NCBI RefSeq assembly: GCF_009834535.1
Contig: NC_045696.1
Coordinates: forward strand, 95,172,001 to 95,232,000
Length of the DNA stretch: 60,000 nucleotides
Origin: Camelus ferus
Lineage: Eukaryota
Reading direction: 5' to 3'
The position numbers and the translations under genes were made by a program. Within the stretch, counting starts at the first letter, position 1. Each line of letters opens with the position of its first letter. This document shows, in pieces, positions 1-12,458 of this stretch. Under the pieces are notes generated by a model that worked only from the letters and a program-made list of their open reading frames with translations, ran no database searches and was not told the DNA's origin.

Positions 1-2759
1 CACGATGCAGGGCCCAGATTCACATCCTCTAAATTCTTACAAAAGAAAGAACAAGAAAAACAAAGATGAAAGAAGGATGGGAGAGATAGAGGAAAGAAAT
101 AAAATAACATGAATTTAAGTCATTTTCACATAACGTCTCTTAAAGGCTTTAAATCTCATTAACCATGAAATGAAAAATTTCATCTCTTATTCAGGGATTG
201 TTAACTCAAAGTGAAAAGATGGGAAGATTATAGGGGAACAAACTGGCTTCCCAGACCCTTTTAAGTCACATCAGATGAAACAAGGAGGGTTCTGCTGGGA
301 GCCCAGAGAGCCAAAAATAGTGATCGGAGCTCAGCGCCTGGTGAAATAATATAAAGGGAACAGAGAGGAAGAAAAAGAACCAGCTAATTAAAACAATAAG
401 ATAAATATATTAAAAAGTATCAGGCTGTAAGTGGATATTCTGTACAAATCCATTTCCACTGCAGTTCTTATAATTTGTTCACAAATAAATGGCTTATGTT
501 CCTCCTATGCTCCGCTGTGGATGCTAATTAACACGGGCTTGAGATGCCTGGGAAAGAAACAAAAACATAAAACCGTCTGCACGCAAGTCTACAGACTTAG
601 GGACAGTCTCACGGCCGTACAAAGACTGTGAAGGTATGTTCTCTTTTCACCACAGACTCCTTGTAAGAATACGTTCATAAGCTATACCACGCCTACCAGA
701 ACCTTCCTTCTGCATTCTCCTCTCCATCGACAAGGAGTTAAGCAATCACAATTTGGTATTCAAGGATGGAAGAAAGTTTTAATCCAATACATTCTAAATT
801 ACTCTCTTTTGTGGTAGAGTTCAAGGAGTTCGGAGTAGGTTGTGGCCTGGGAAATACCAGCTCGTTTCTGCAGACAATTTTTCAAAAACTGGAAGACATT
901 GAAATTCCATCAGTCTTTTTAGATACTCAGTGGTTGCACTGTTTTCATGGCCTGAAAAGGAGAGTTTGGTAGAATGTTCCTGATCTGCATTTCCAATCGA
1001 GGATAGGAGATACGTTTAATTAAAATGAACGGAAACAAACATTCAGCCAGCAACTCCTAAATACAAAGCTGGCGCTAGGCACTGAGGACCACACACAGAC
1101 ACGTAAGACTGGCTACTCCTGGTGAGAGAAACCTTCCTTTGGGCAGATTCAGATTTGTAAACAGCACACCTGGACCTTGCTAGCAAATCTTCCTAAGGTA
1201 TGTTGCACACACTTAGTTGTCCTTTTCACTAAATTATAATAAACATATATGAGCCAATCTTAATGAGAGTATCCTGAGGGTGGGAGGGTGAGGAGACCAC
1301 CTGAAAAATAGATTAATTAATTGATTGATTGAAGACAGAAATTTGTGCTATAAATTAAATGTAAACAGGGGATGATTTAATCACACAGAAACTAGTTACA
1401 ATTTTAGAGAAGACCACAGATTATACTGAGAGGGGTTTTATTAACATCCTTCCACTGTTCTTCCCTAAAACAACGTAAATATTTCACTGATTTGGCAAGA
1501 TACTTTATATAATTCTCAACTAACAGTGATAGATATGTGCATGTTTTAAAAGACATTTTAATATTCTGAATTTGGCAAACTGACTTGAATGTGTGACTGG
1601 TCTAAGAAACAATGTAAACAAATTCAAAATAAAAAATAAAGGAAAAGATATGAAGTAATTTAAATGAAAAGCAATAAATATTTACTGAAACACTCAGAAA
1701 ATTTGAAAGCACAGAAAATTTTAAGTCTCCTATAATCCTACCACTAAAATTACTTTCCTAGGTAACTAAATCATTTTTGAAAAAACCCATTTTAAATACA
1801 TAGCACTCTATAATACTTTGCTTACATTTCTTAGCTATTGAAACGAAGACTCCACTTGGTTTTTACTATTATGAAGAAATGTTACAATGAACATAAATAT
1901 TTTTTCAATATTCAGATTACTTTTTAAGGATAAAATATGAGTTGCATAATGAATAGCATAGTCATATTACTGTATTCAGGAAGAGATGGTCATTTTCATT
2001 TACTCTTATTCTAAATTATTTTATGGTTCAATTAAAGGGCTTGGAGCAGGTGTGGGAGGTAGGAAATTCTAGATCAGCATGTGTCCAGTATCCTATACAT
2101 CTTGTTTTAGTCATTACACTGTGAGGTTCTTGCTACTCAACCTTGTATCTCAGGCCTAGCGCCTGGCATATAGCTAGATTCTTATAATGTGCGTTTATGG
2201 AGCTGAGTCAAGGCTAATTTCAGTATCTAAACTAAAGCTATGATGGTGTGATAAGGAGACATAATAGAGCCACTCAAGTGTAACTAGAAATATTTTGGTA
2301 AGTATCATAAAAATATTTAAAATACATTGTTTAATGGCACAATTTTCATGATAATTAATGCATCCATTCTATTATTTGATCTTGAACACAATTTAAGGAA
2401 ACCGAGAATTCACAGTTAAGCTTAAGTGTGTCTAAACGGTCACTTTCAAATTGACGTGCGTTAGGTGGGGTCTGTGATCGTATCATGCTGAATCATGAAA
2501 CAAAAATGTTTAGAGTGAGTCAGAAAACACTTGGATTCTATTTTTGAAATGTTCACTATATGTGCAGGAATGAGCAGGACTGTTGAGCTGGCAAATTACA
2601 GGAAGTTACAGTTGCACTGTTGAGCAGGAAAGACAGAACGAGAGACAACACAAATAGAGTATACACATGGCTGCTTTGAAAGGGGTCTGTAACCTAGGAA
2701 CTAGGATGAAAAGTTAAAGATGAAGTGGAGTAATTTGAAAAAAATGGGTAAAAATAAAA

Positions 2760-3095
2760 TAGCAATCATAGTTAACATGTATCAGTTGCTCGCTATACGC
2801 CAGGCACTGGTCTAAACATTATATATATTAACTCAGCCGTTGCCTTCATAGCAATTAAATCAGAACATCTGGTGGAAGGGACATTTTTTAATTATCCCTG
2901 AGATAATTAAGTCTGCTGCAAAGTCTGGGAAACATTCAACAACCCTGCAAGGGAAAAATTCTTGTTACTGTTTCTATCTTATTAAGGTGGAGACTGAGTC
3001 ACAGAGAGGTAACATACTTGCTGAGGTTGAGGAGCTGAAAAGCTGAGACTTGAATACAGGTGGTCTGAGCCCAGAGCCCTTGATCTTAACCACTG
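2760..3095 (-). mobile_element. MIR fragment, interrupted by a short probable DNA-transposon relic
   Basis: ccaggcactg.tctaaaca...gactgagtcacagagaggtaa...ccagagccc...tcttaaccact. Confidence 0.6.
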
Positions 3096-3398
3096 GCAGT
3101 GCCACCCTCGTGCCTTCATGCCATTTTTAATGAGCAGCTTTGATTTTTATAAGTTTAAGGAAGTTTCCAATGCATGTCTTAAAAATAGTCATTTTAGGAG
3201 GTTATAATCTGTTCCTGTGGTTTGACCAGCATCTGTGATGTTGGTGTCCTGGGGCAGGACCGATCTCTACCAAGCACAAGGTTGTCAAAACTGCCCTTCT
3301 CTCTGCCTTGTTCCTTAACCCTCCAGATTTTATTACTTACATTTATCTTCAGAGTCCACACAAGCCCATGTCAGGGAATTCAAACACTGAGGTCCTTC

Positions 3399-3751
3399 TG
3401 TTACCAGAAAAAGGAAAATAGGAATTACCTCGGTTCTTACTCACCCGAAAAAAAGATTTCTTGATGAGAGACAGAATGCGTGATATAAGCAACATTTTTA
3501 TTAGTGAAGTAAAAAAGTAAAAGTACTCTCGAGAACTGGGAGCGGGGCAATCCCAGAGAGGAAGAATGGCGCCATTCCCTCGTTTTTCCTGTTTTTATAT
3601 CCTGGCTTCTTGATTGATTGATTGATTGATTGACAACTCAGGTTCCCTGTGCTCTGGTTGATTGACAGCTCAGGTTCCTTGTGTTCTGGATTGTTCCTTC
3701 CCCCTTCCCCTCTCTTTGCCCAGTGCTCATTTCTATCTAAACTACCTAACA
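3399..3751 (-). mobile_element. 3' LTR of the His-primed provirus
   Basis: tgttacc...cctaaca. Minus-strand PPT (actagagggggtaa) at 3752-3765, TATA-like (ttttatat on +, ~3593-3600) and AATAAA (tttatt on +, ~3497-3502). About 91% identical to 16749-17106 by hand count. Confidence 0.93.
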
Positions 3752-5766
3752 TTACCCCCTCTAGTCATAGTACCCCAAATCTTTGGGATGTAGAAGGGGA
3801 CGACCGCTCTAGCTACTTCCTGCCGATCTGGGGAGATGATGGAGCACACTGGGGTCCCAGACTAGCTGGCTGTCACTGGGCAGGTGGTGAGTGAAGGGCT
3901 GGTGTCCATCGAGGGGCATGTATCAAAGCTGTCTTGGCTGATTGGTAGCTTACCTTGTTGTATAGCCATTTGAAGTTTGATTCTAGATGAGAAGAAACAC
4001 ATTTTCTAAGAAGGTTGAAAAAATAGAGGTTCACTAATAATGCCTGATATTTAAGAAGCCGAGCATCTGAGAGCCAGGAATGTCCCTTGCCTTTTAAAAG
4101 GTCAGAAACTTGATGGTTAGCTTATGCATGTATAGGGGACCCCAGAGTTAGCTTAAAAGCTTCCTCCAGGAGAGCGGAGAGGGCTCCCAACAGTCAGGCA
4201 GGAAGGCCAGCCTCAAGCAGTGGGATCTAGCCTCTTGGAGAGGTATCCCATAGGCTGCTGGGTAGGACCCAGCCGTTGCGTGAAGACCCCCAAGGCTACT
4301 CCTCCTCTCTCATGAACACAGAACTGGAAGGGCCTGTGGGATCTGGAAGCCCCAAGGCCGGGGATCTTACTAGGAGGTTTTTTAATTCTTCCATTGCTTC
4401 CTGTTGGGAAGGACCTCACTGGAGAGGTACTGAGTCATCCTTACCCCGTAAGCTGTCATGTAGAGGTTGGGCTATGGACCCATAGTTAGGGGTCCTAAGC
4501 CTACAGGAATCTGTTAGTCTGAGAAATGTCCTGAGCTATTTTTAAGTAGTGGGATTAGGGAGTTGTAAGGTTCCCTAAATTCATTCAGGGGAAAGGCTTA
4601 TGGTTTCCAGGAGTCAGACCAACTCCTAGATAAGTGACCTCTTGTTTGGCCATTTTGACCATGGACTTGGAAACTTTATATCCCCACTTGGCCAAGAAGT
4701 GAAGAGTTTGGATTGCATGTTGGATGGCCTGTTCTCGAGTATGGGAGCAGGTAAGTAAGTCACATATTGTTTCAATTAGGGAACCAGGTAGGATCTCTGA
4801 GGGAGGTGACAACCAGAGCAGCCATCTTTGCTCGCTCTGGGACGCCTTGATCCCAGACGGCAGGATTAATTTTATTCTCCCAGGTCTCTGGGTCTGGAGG
4901 TTTTTCTCCTTCCCCAGAGAGCAGTAAGAGTTGTAAAGAGGAGAACGTTTGGAGACTTTCTCCCAGGATAAATCGGGTTCCCAACTTGTAAAGAAGATCT
5001 CAGCCTCAAGAGGACCTAGGACGTGCTGGCACACATGAGAAAGAACATGCACATGCGAGTTCGTCCTGTAAACAACAAAGGAGGTGAGTAAAGAACCTTA
5101 AGGTTGGTCTACCTGTGACTCCCATGATGGGACAGAATCTAGAGAAGAAGGGTCTGGAGAAAGATGTTAGTACAGAGTAGGTGGTCCCGGTATCCATAAC
5201 AGAGTGATTGTCCTACCTGCCACATGCACTTGTCCCCGTGGCTCCAGCCCAGTGATGACGATGTCTTGCGTTGGGGCTGACTGGAGGGGGCTCCTTCAGT
5301 CCCGGACAACCATTTGCAGGTCGGTTATCCCCTACGGGCCATTTGGCTTGAGGGTCAGAGGGCCGCCCAATGACCTTGCTTGTTACACCGAAAGCAGGCA
5401 GATCTTGAAAATTTGTCCTTATGGGGACCTTTCTTGGCCCACTGACCAGGTCAGAGGCAGAAGTATTGATCATCAAGCTTGTCTCAGGCTGCTGGGGGTG
5501 GAGGATTTATGGATGGCGGCTGTCCTCAAAGGGCTGTAATCATTTGGGCCTGTCTGGCCTCTTTCCTTCTTTCCTTCTCCTGAGCCTTGGCCTATTGAAC
5601 CTGATCTCAATTTAAGGAAAAAAAAAAACAAAAAAACAAAAAACCCATTGACAGCAATGGTTAGCATTTGTCAAGGATTACTCTGGGTTCCTGGATTGTC
5701 TTTTGGAATTTTTGTCGAACACTGGGGGCAGATTGGGTGAGAAATTTATCCTTTAAGATGATTTGT
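3752..5766 (-). pseudogene. Duplicated unit of the His-ERV interior (gag 3' end, pro, pol, env tail)
   Basis: Aligns with 12799-15332 at an offset of ~9575 over most of its length and lacks ~530 bp corresponding to ~13070-13600. Carries MDTGTTYSVL (5197) and GYKVSK/QEVTYLG. Its gag continues at 11352-11360 and 12006-12017. Confidence 0.9.
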
Positions 5767-6062
5767 GGCTGCTGCCCGCTCTCTCTCCCTCTTCGGAGAC
5801 GGCCCGCACTCTGTCTACAGAGTATGTACCTACTTTTACTCTAATCTGAGCACCCAACCCCCACACCTCGTGACCATTCTCTTGCCTCTTGATGGATCTC
5901 TAAATAAATCTACCTTTACTCAACTGTGGCTCGCTCTTGAATTCTTTGACAACTGCGCGAAGCCAAGGACCCACACTTGGCGGGGCACATCCCAGGGACT
6001 TCCCCAAGGCCTGGGACACGGCCCTCCTCATGCCTCGCATCCGTTTTCCTGCATCATATCTT

Positions 6063-6080
6063 CGGCACCCAATGTGGGGC
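6063..6080 (+). promoter_or_regulatory. Primer binding site, tRNA-Lys(CUU)-like
   Basis: cggcacccaatgtggggc versus TGGCGCCCAACGTGGGGC (15/18), 6 nt after the U5 end ...gcatca (6056). Confidence 0.78.
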
Positions 6081-7046
6081 ATTTACGTAAAGAAATGGGG
6101 CTCAAAGGGCATAATCTCAACCCACCTATTGGTCTACGGCTCCCCTCTCTTCGAAGGGTGGCAGAGGGTTTCTCCCATGCCCTGCAGATTCAAGTGGCCC
6201 TTTAGGTGGGGGCTGACGCTGCCTGCAGGATCTGGCAGAGACCAGCTCTCTAGCCGTGAAGGAGACCACGGAGCCCAAGGCTTTTCTCCCCTTGATCTTT
6301 TCTCATTCTCTCCTCTATCGCTCTCTTTGGACTCGAGAAGATCCACCAAGGAGACCACTAGGACATCCAAACTAAGACCACGTGGCAAGTAATTGGCAAC
6401 CTGACTGGGCGAGATTCCCCTCCTTGCTTCCTTGAGCCCAATTCCTCTTCTCTGCACAGTCTTGGTCCGGTTCCGGGACGCCAGAACTGTGAAAGGGGGC
6501 CCAAACTAGGGGGCTCTGGGAGCTCCCCTTTAAACATTTGCAGCCTGGCCCTCCCCGGTGCCCTCGGGGCGCACTGCCTCATTGCATCCGTAGGCGGGAA
6601 TTGCAGGCAGGCACTCCCCTTGCGGATCGCAGTTTCTAGCACCCCTTGATGGGGTCGCAGGCTTTAGTACCCCTGAGTGGGAGTCGCAGGCGGACACTTC
6701 CTTTATGGGTCATGGTTTTGGCACCCCTGCTGGGGTCACGGTTTTGTTACACCACCGAGTGGGCATCGCAGGCAGGCACTCCCTCAGAGGGCTGAAGGAT
6801 CTCTATTCCAGGAAGCATTGTGGCTGTAGCATTCCCGTTGTGCCCTAGATTTCTATCTTTCAAAGCTATTTTGTTTCCCCTTTCAAAGAAGGTAACAGGC
6901 TTAATTGACTAGAGACCTAGGCCTCCTCCTTCCCTCTAAGGGATTTAGACCCTGGGGCTCTAGTCACCTTTTCTCCTGTTGGCCCTTACTCTCTGACTAG
7001 TCCAAAGGAGCCGCCTCAGGCCCACAGGCAGGACATCCTAACCAAG

Positions 7047-7823
7047 ATGGACAACAAGTATCCCAAAGGACTCCCCTTTAGGATACATATTCATAAACTG
7101 GGAAAAGTTTAAACAGGATAGTTTGAGGAAAAAGGAGTTAGTTTTTCTTTGTAATAGTACATGACCCCTATACAAACTAGGGGACCAAGAGGTCTGGCCA
7201 AAGAATGGGTCATTAAATTACAATTCCATCTTATAGCTAGACCTGTTTTGTAAAAGAGGAGGTAAATGGAGGGACGTCCCATACTTCCAAATGTTTCTGG
7301 CCATGTCCCAAGACCCAGGTCTAGGAAGCTCCTGCAGGCATGCCTGGCTCAAGTGCCCTTCAAAGCGTCTCCCGTGACAGGAGCTCGATGTTTTAGATGA
7401 CTCTTTATAGGTCCACCTCCCCGAGTTCCACAGCCAGGAACTTTTACTTCCCTCGACTCTGAGGGGGGGATTGTCTTCCCAATCATCTACCCCTAAGGCC
7501 CCTTCTGGGCAGGTAGGGACCCCAGGTCCCCATGAATCAGCTCATGGATCTGGCGTTTAAAGTATTTAACAATAGAGACAGGGCTGAAGAGGCAAAAAGG
7601 ATCCAGAATGCCTACATCAGAGCCACTATCTTGCCAAAAAGGGACCTGTTTTAAGTACAGCCAGGAGGGCCACTGGAAAAGCAAATGCCCCATGTATGGG
7701 AAAAGTCCACCAGGACCCTGCCCCACACACAAACAAAAAGGCCACTGGAAGCGGGACTGCCCCCAGTTCCAAAGGGGGCTTGCAGCTCCCAAACCAATGA
7801 CAGCTGAGATGACTAAATACTGA
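7047..7823 (+). pseudogene. gag: Decayed gag of the Lys-primed ERV, capsid mostly deleted
   Basis: Matrix PKDSPLGYIFINWEKF...LVFLCNST*P...WPKNGSLNYNSIL*LDLFCKR, then a jump to the capsid end QLMDLAFKVFNNRD. Two degenerate knuckles CFKYSQEGHWKSKC and CPTHKQKGHWKRDC; TGA at 7821-7823. Confidence 0.87.
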
Positions 7824-8310
7824 CGGGGCCGGGACCCTCCCTGGCTCCCACAGGACACCAGGTCATTTCTCTGGCAGAGCCTTGGGTAACCCTTGACGTG
7901 GCAGGTAGAGAAGTTGTCTTCTTATTAGGTAAGGGAGCCACCTACTCTGTGCTGACTGATTTCCCTGGACCCTTGTCCTCCCAATCCTGTGTAATAACGG
8001 GGATCAATAGAAGGCCCCAAACAAGGTGCTTACTAAAAATTCACTTTTACACAGGAGTTTTTGCTGGTGGCTGAGTGCCCTATCCCCTCATTGGGAAGGG
8101 ACGTACTTGCTCAGTAAACCCCAAGATATAATCCAATTCAAAGACCCTTACATGAAAGACAATGCACCCCCAAAAATGTCTACTCTTGGCTTTGGGAGCC
8201 TGCCTCAGTCCCAAGCCAGAAGAGGTCTTCCTTCCACCCCATACTGATTCTCAGGTAAACCCTGCTATCTGGGAAGCTGAGGTCCCTGACGGAGCTACTA
8301 CTGTCAGGTT
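7824..8310 (+). pseudogene. Decayed protease and RT start of the Lys-primed ERV
   Basis: EPWVTLDVAGREVVFLLGKGATYSVLT (catalytic DTG lost) and VNPAIWEAEVP. The rest of pol is replaced by AT-rich non-coding sequence. Confidence 0.8.
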
Positions 8311-9315
8311 ACCACCAGAAATGGGACCACGTGAGGCCACAGGCCAGCCTCTTCATATCAAAGGCCAAACCAAGAGCCTTAATGAAAAAAACTCTCAAAC
8401 CCAGGAAGGCTCCTCAAAAGTGTTCATAAATAGATGGCCAAATGGGAGGCCATCAGTTGGACTAAACTGACCATAGCTGATATTCGGAGCCTAATAAAAT
8501 TTTGGAAAAGTCTCCCCTAAGCTAAATGAGAAAAAACAAAACTGTCTTTGTTTTACAAATCTAGTCTTTACAGGACCAGATGTGGCTCCAGAAGGGATAC
8601 AAAGCCCACTAACCCTTCTACCATTCCCCAAACCTCCCCTGTGTATTTATCTTCAGAGACAAGTGTTTAAAAAAAAAAAAAAAAAAAAGACTTTTTTTCT
8701 GGCCTTTAAAAAACAGTTTCCTAGGAGAAACTTGCCTTCCTATGCCTTTGAGATACAAATATTCTACCTTGTCTTCTTCAGGAACTCTGATCTCACCATC
8801 TTTTTAAAATACAAATTTCAAAAAAAGTGGGGGGGGGGATAAATAATTTGGAACTTAATTTGCTGAGGACGAGTAAAAATTTTATCTCTTTTTCATAAAT
8901 ATTAGTAAAACGGCTTAGCCATCTAGATGGGCAACTTTGATTTGTTCTGCCAAAAACCCCAGTTTAAATCCAACCTCTTTTGGAGCCAGTGCGTTTTACT
9001 TTGTTATATCTGATTCATGACTGAAATTTTTAAATGAAAACTATAAGGAGTCCAGTCTGTATGTCATAGATGTATGGTATTGGCACAATTAAATGGTAGA
9101 AGAGCTCTTTAATTGGCTGAAAAGAAATTAAGTACTTATGTAAATACTCAAACATAGAGAAAACTGGCCAAAGTAAGTTTCAGGTTCACGTTATCTAAAA
9201 AGTATTCAGTACTGGTATTGGTACTGAAGCTAGCTTAAGCTTGTTGGTTTGATTAATGTAAACATGTCTTTAGAGACATCAGTGTTAAGGGTAATACTTC
9301 AGTTGTGCCTAGGCC

Positions 9316-9874
9316 TGTTGCCCCCCATCTGTAGCAAGCCAAACAGCCCAGAGACAAGGTCTTGGGGCTTAGAAGAAAAGAAGCAATTTTATTGCTTTGC
9401 TGGGCAAAGGGGACTCACAGGAGGCTAGTGCCTTCAAAACTGAACCCACCTTGGGGATGGGGTGGGGTTGTTATATAGCTCAAACAATAAAGCATTGATA
9501 ACAAGCAACAGAATCATTTTCTCATCAGAAGACTTAGAGTGGTGACATGATGCCTCCAGGCAACCAGTTCTATAGAGGCCAGTGGTTAGATCTCTTTATC
9601 TCATAAGCACTCAAGGTGTGGTCTTCCTGGTAATTCAGGCTATTTTGTAAGGTTACAGTCCTGTGACCTTCTCCTTGGAGAAGAACTCAGAGACCAAGCT
9701 TGATTATTACTTTCAATGACTGGAATAAAGTAGAAATAGTAAGATCAATAGCTTTAGTTTTAACAATGGGCCCGTAACTGTGAGTAGCAACTAGTCAGTT
9801 GACCGTTTTAAGGGCAAGCATAAGAATGAGCAATCTGTGAGCATGAGTGTGGCCGTTTTATTAATCCTCCTTTA
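9316..9874 (-). mobile_element. Solo LTR nested in the Lys-ERV retrocopy
   Basis: Starts tgttg; minus-strand AATAAA (9388-9393) and TATA-like (9471-9477); imperfect 4-bp TSD ggcc/ggct; terminal CA reads TA. Confidence 0.6.
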
Positions 9875-10967
9875 GGCTTACTAGAGGTCAAGCAAAAGTT
9901 TATTATACCTGTTACAAATTTGTCAACAACAAAAAAAAGTAACTCAATGTAAAAATACTTTCAAAAACTAAACAAAATAAGAGATTTGGGGTAAATTCTA
10001 TAGGAGTTTTATTTTGAAAGTATGTACCTAAAATTGTCTCTCCAAATTTTGGTACTTAAAACTTAAAACTAAGTTAAAAAGTTCACTGGCTATCTGTGTA
10101 TTTTATAGATTATTAAAACATTAATTGCTGGGCAGATCTAAATTTATCTACCTTTGCCTTAGAGAAAAAAAAACTAAAACATAAGTTTCCAGTCAGGAAA
10201 TGTTGATAGGACAACCAATTCACAGTTGCTTGCTTCTTGGTTTTTGCCAGAAATTTAAAGGTTTTGAAAAATAAATAAATAAGTAAGTAAATAAATAAAT
10301 AAATAAATAAAGGTTTTGAGGGTTAAAATTATAACATATGTAATTAAAGCTCCTAAAATAAGCATTTCTGTATACAGTGGGAAAGTAAGATGTATGTATT
10401 CGGTAAGAGTTTCATAAAAAACTACAAAAGAAGAAAAAGTTTCATACATAATCAGGATTTTAAATATCTAACAAATTCTAAAAGTTCTCTGTAGCCCCAG
10501 CTAACTTTAATATGCTTTAAAGAAAACCTGAGACATCTCAGATATTAAGTTAACTAGGATTATTTCATATGTTAAGTTAAATATAATCAGTCATGATTCC
10601 AGTCATTACAAATAAGTCTCTATCAATTACAGATATTTAACCATGCCTTTTAAGTCTTAATTTGTTACAGACTGTCAAGTTGTTACAAAGGTACTTCATC
10701 TTTTAAAAAATTCATCAGAAGTCAGTGGAAACAGTGGGTTACAACAGTCCCATGTCAAATGATGGCCCTTACCCTCAGCACTCTGGACACGAAAGCAAAA
10801 GGCTGTCCTGCCCCTGGGGCCCCTAGAGTAGGCATTCAGAGATTTTTTGCTCCCTGATAGGCAGGGTCAATGGCCCTCCTCAGCCTGGAAGTGGTTTCAG
10901 AAGATGGAACAACCTCCCTTTACAACCCCTTAAGAAGATTATGGGAGTAAAATCTCTGAGAGGGGAA

Positions 10968-11323
10968 TGAGACAGGCAGGGGGCAGGGCACAGCCATTCA
11001 AGGAATAACACAGCAATTAACACAAGAATGGCGAAAGATTCAACCCCCAGGAGGCCTTGAGGCTCAAATAGTGGGAGATTTGACTTCTAGTAGAACTTGA
11101 CCTTCATTACACGCCCATTGTAATATATTAGCATGGTGAACAACATGCCTACAGGCACCAAGACAGTCCCAAGGCCGCAGCCCCCTCTCTCCCTCTTCGG
11201 ACGTGGCCTGCACACTGTATGGAGTGTGTACCTACTTTTACTCTACTCTGAGCACCCAACCCCCACACCTCTTGGCCATTCTTTTGTCTCTTGATGTATC
11301 TCTAAATAACTCTACCTGTACTG
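10968..11323 (+). mobile_element. U3-R of the Lys-primed ERV (3' end of the retrocopy)
   Basis: PPT gagaggggaa, then TG at 10968. The R part matches 5767-5921 and ends 13 nt after the polyA signal position (aataac at 11305-11310; aataaa at 5903-5908 in the 5' copy). Confidence 0.85.
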
Positions 11324-11360
11324 AAACAAACAAATCAAAAAGATAATTGGTCCCTCCTAT

Positions 11361-12001
11361 TGATGCCAGTGGATCCAACCAGTGTTCCAGGTTCTTGACC
11401 CATCCCAGAAAGAATTCAGAGACAAGGTGTAGAGGTTAAAAAGAAAAGTAAAGTGAGGGTTTATTAAAGGATGGGTAGTACACTCTCCAGGGGAGAGCAG
11501 GCAGGCTCAGCTCAGTGGCTGCCCTGAGTTTCTTTGGCAAGTTAGTTACATAGGGTGTAAAAATGAATGGGTGGAATATTCATTGAGGAGGGAAGGGCTT
11601 GGGGTCATATTTTCTGATTATCACCCCAACTCCACCTTCCTGAAAGGAGGAGGGATTTTTGTCCTTATTTAGTCTGGATCAGAAGTGTCATGGCCTAGGT
11701 GTGTGATGGGTACTTCTGACCTGTAAGCTAATTTTATTGAAATGAGTGCATAATGAGCAGAAGTTACATTTGGACACTGGAAATTCCTGCCTTTCTGATG
11801 TGTCTTTGTTGGTCTCCAGGCCAAAAGGTGTGGCTTTTTATCAGCCCAAAGAGTCCTGCTTTTCTTTCTCTGCCCAGGGACCCCTGGTGCTTATGTATGT
11901 TTCCTGCATTTGGCTTGTGCCCCTCCTTTCTGCCCAATTCCTGCCATTTGGTCTGTGTCCCCCTTTCTCTGCTCATATCTAGCTATCTGCCTGCTCTAAC
12001 A
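11361..12001 (-). mobile_element. Solo LTR inserted in His-ERV gag
   Basis: tgatg...ctaaca with perfect CTAT TSD (11357-11360, 12002-12005). Removing it restores ccctcctatgagctgagg, matching ccctcatatgagcggagg at 15333-15350. Minus-strand AATAAA at 11460-11465. Confidence 0.88.
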
Positions 12002-12046
12002 CTATGAGCTGAGGTCTCAGACAGGCCTAGAGGTGGATGTACACCA

Positions 12047-12458
12047 ATATAATATACGTAATTTATATGTATATATATCATATTATATATGCATATTATA
12101 TGTATATATTTTATAATATATGTATATATTATATAATGTAGATATTATATACATACATATTCAGACATATGTATATATTATATATATCCATACACTGACA
12201 TGTATGGATATACAAATATATAATGTACATATTGTATATCTATATATTGAATGTATATATACATATATATTATATAATATACATATTATATATATACATA
12301 TCCATGCACAGACATGTGTATATATATGTTATATATATATATCCAATGACATGCATATGGATATACACATATAATAAATATATCTGTATATGTTATATAT
12401 GTATATATAAATATATAATGCATACTATACATATTATATATATATACATATTCATACA
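12047..12458. repeat. (TA)n/(TACA)-rich low-complexity tract
   Basis: Direct inspection; it produces the spurious Ile/Tyr-rich ORFs. Confidence 0.95.

Larger units (their letters stand above)
5767..11339 (+). mobile_element. Processed (L1-mediated) retrocopy of a second, Lys-primed class I ERV: R-U5-PBS-gag-pro-...-PPT-U3-R-polyA
   Basis: 5' end lacks U3 and 3' end lacks U5. R is repeated (5767-5921 vs 11173-11323), followed by an A-rich tail (11324-11339). TSD aagatgatttgt (5755-5766) / aagataattggt (11340-11351). Confidence 0.85.

Noticed and set aside
4213..5667. ORFs as functional retroviral pro/pol
   Set aside because: Frameshifted fragments with the RT core deleted; the + strand ORFs are antisense shadows.
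5765..6642. Overlapping 94-151 aa ORFs
   Set aside because: They lie in GC-rich R-U5 and leader sequence, with no recognisable domain.
8310..10967. Possible env or captured gene in the Lys-ERV 3' half
   Set aside because: AT-rich, no long ORF, and no furin, CX6CC or immunosuppressive motif that I can read.
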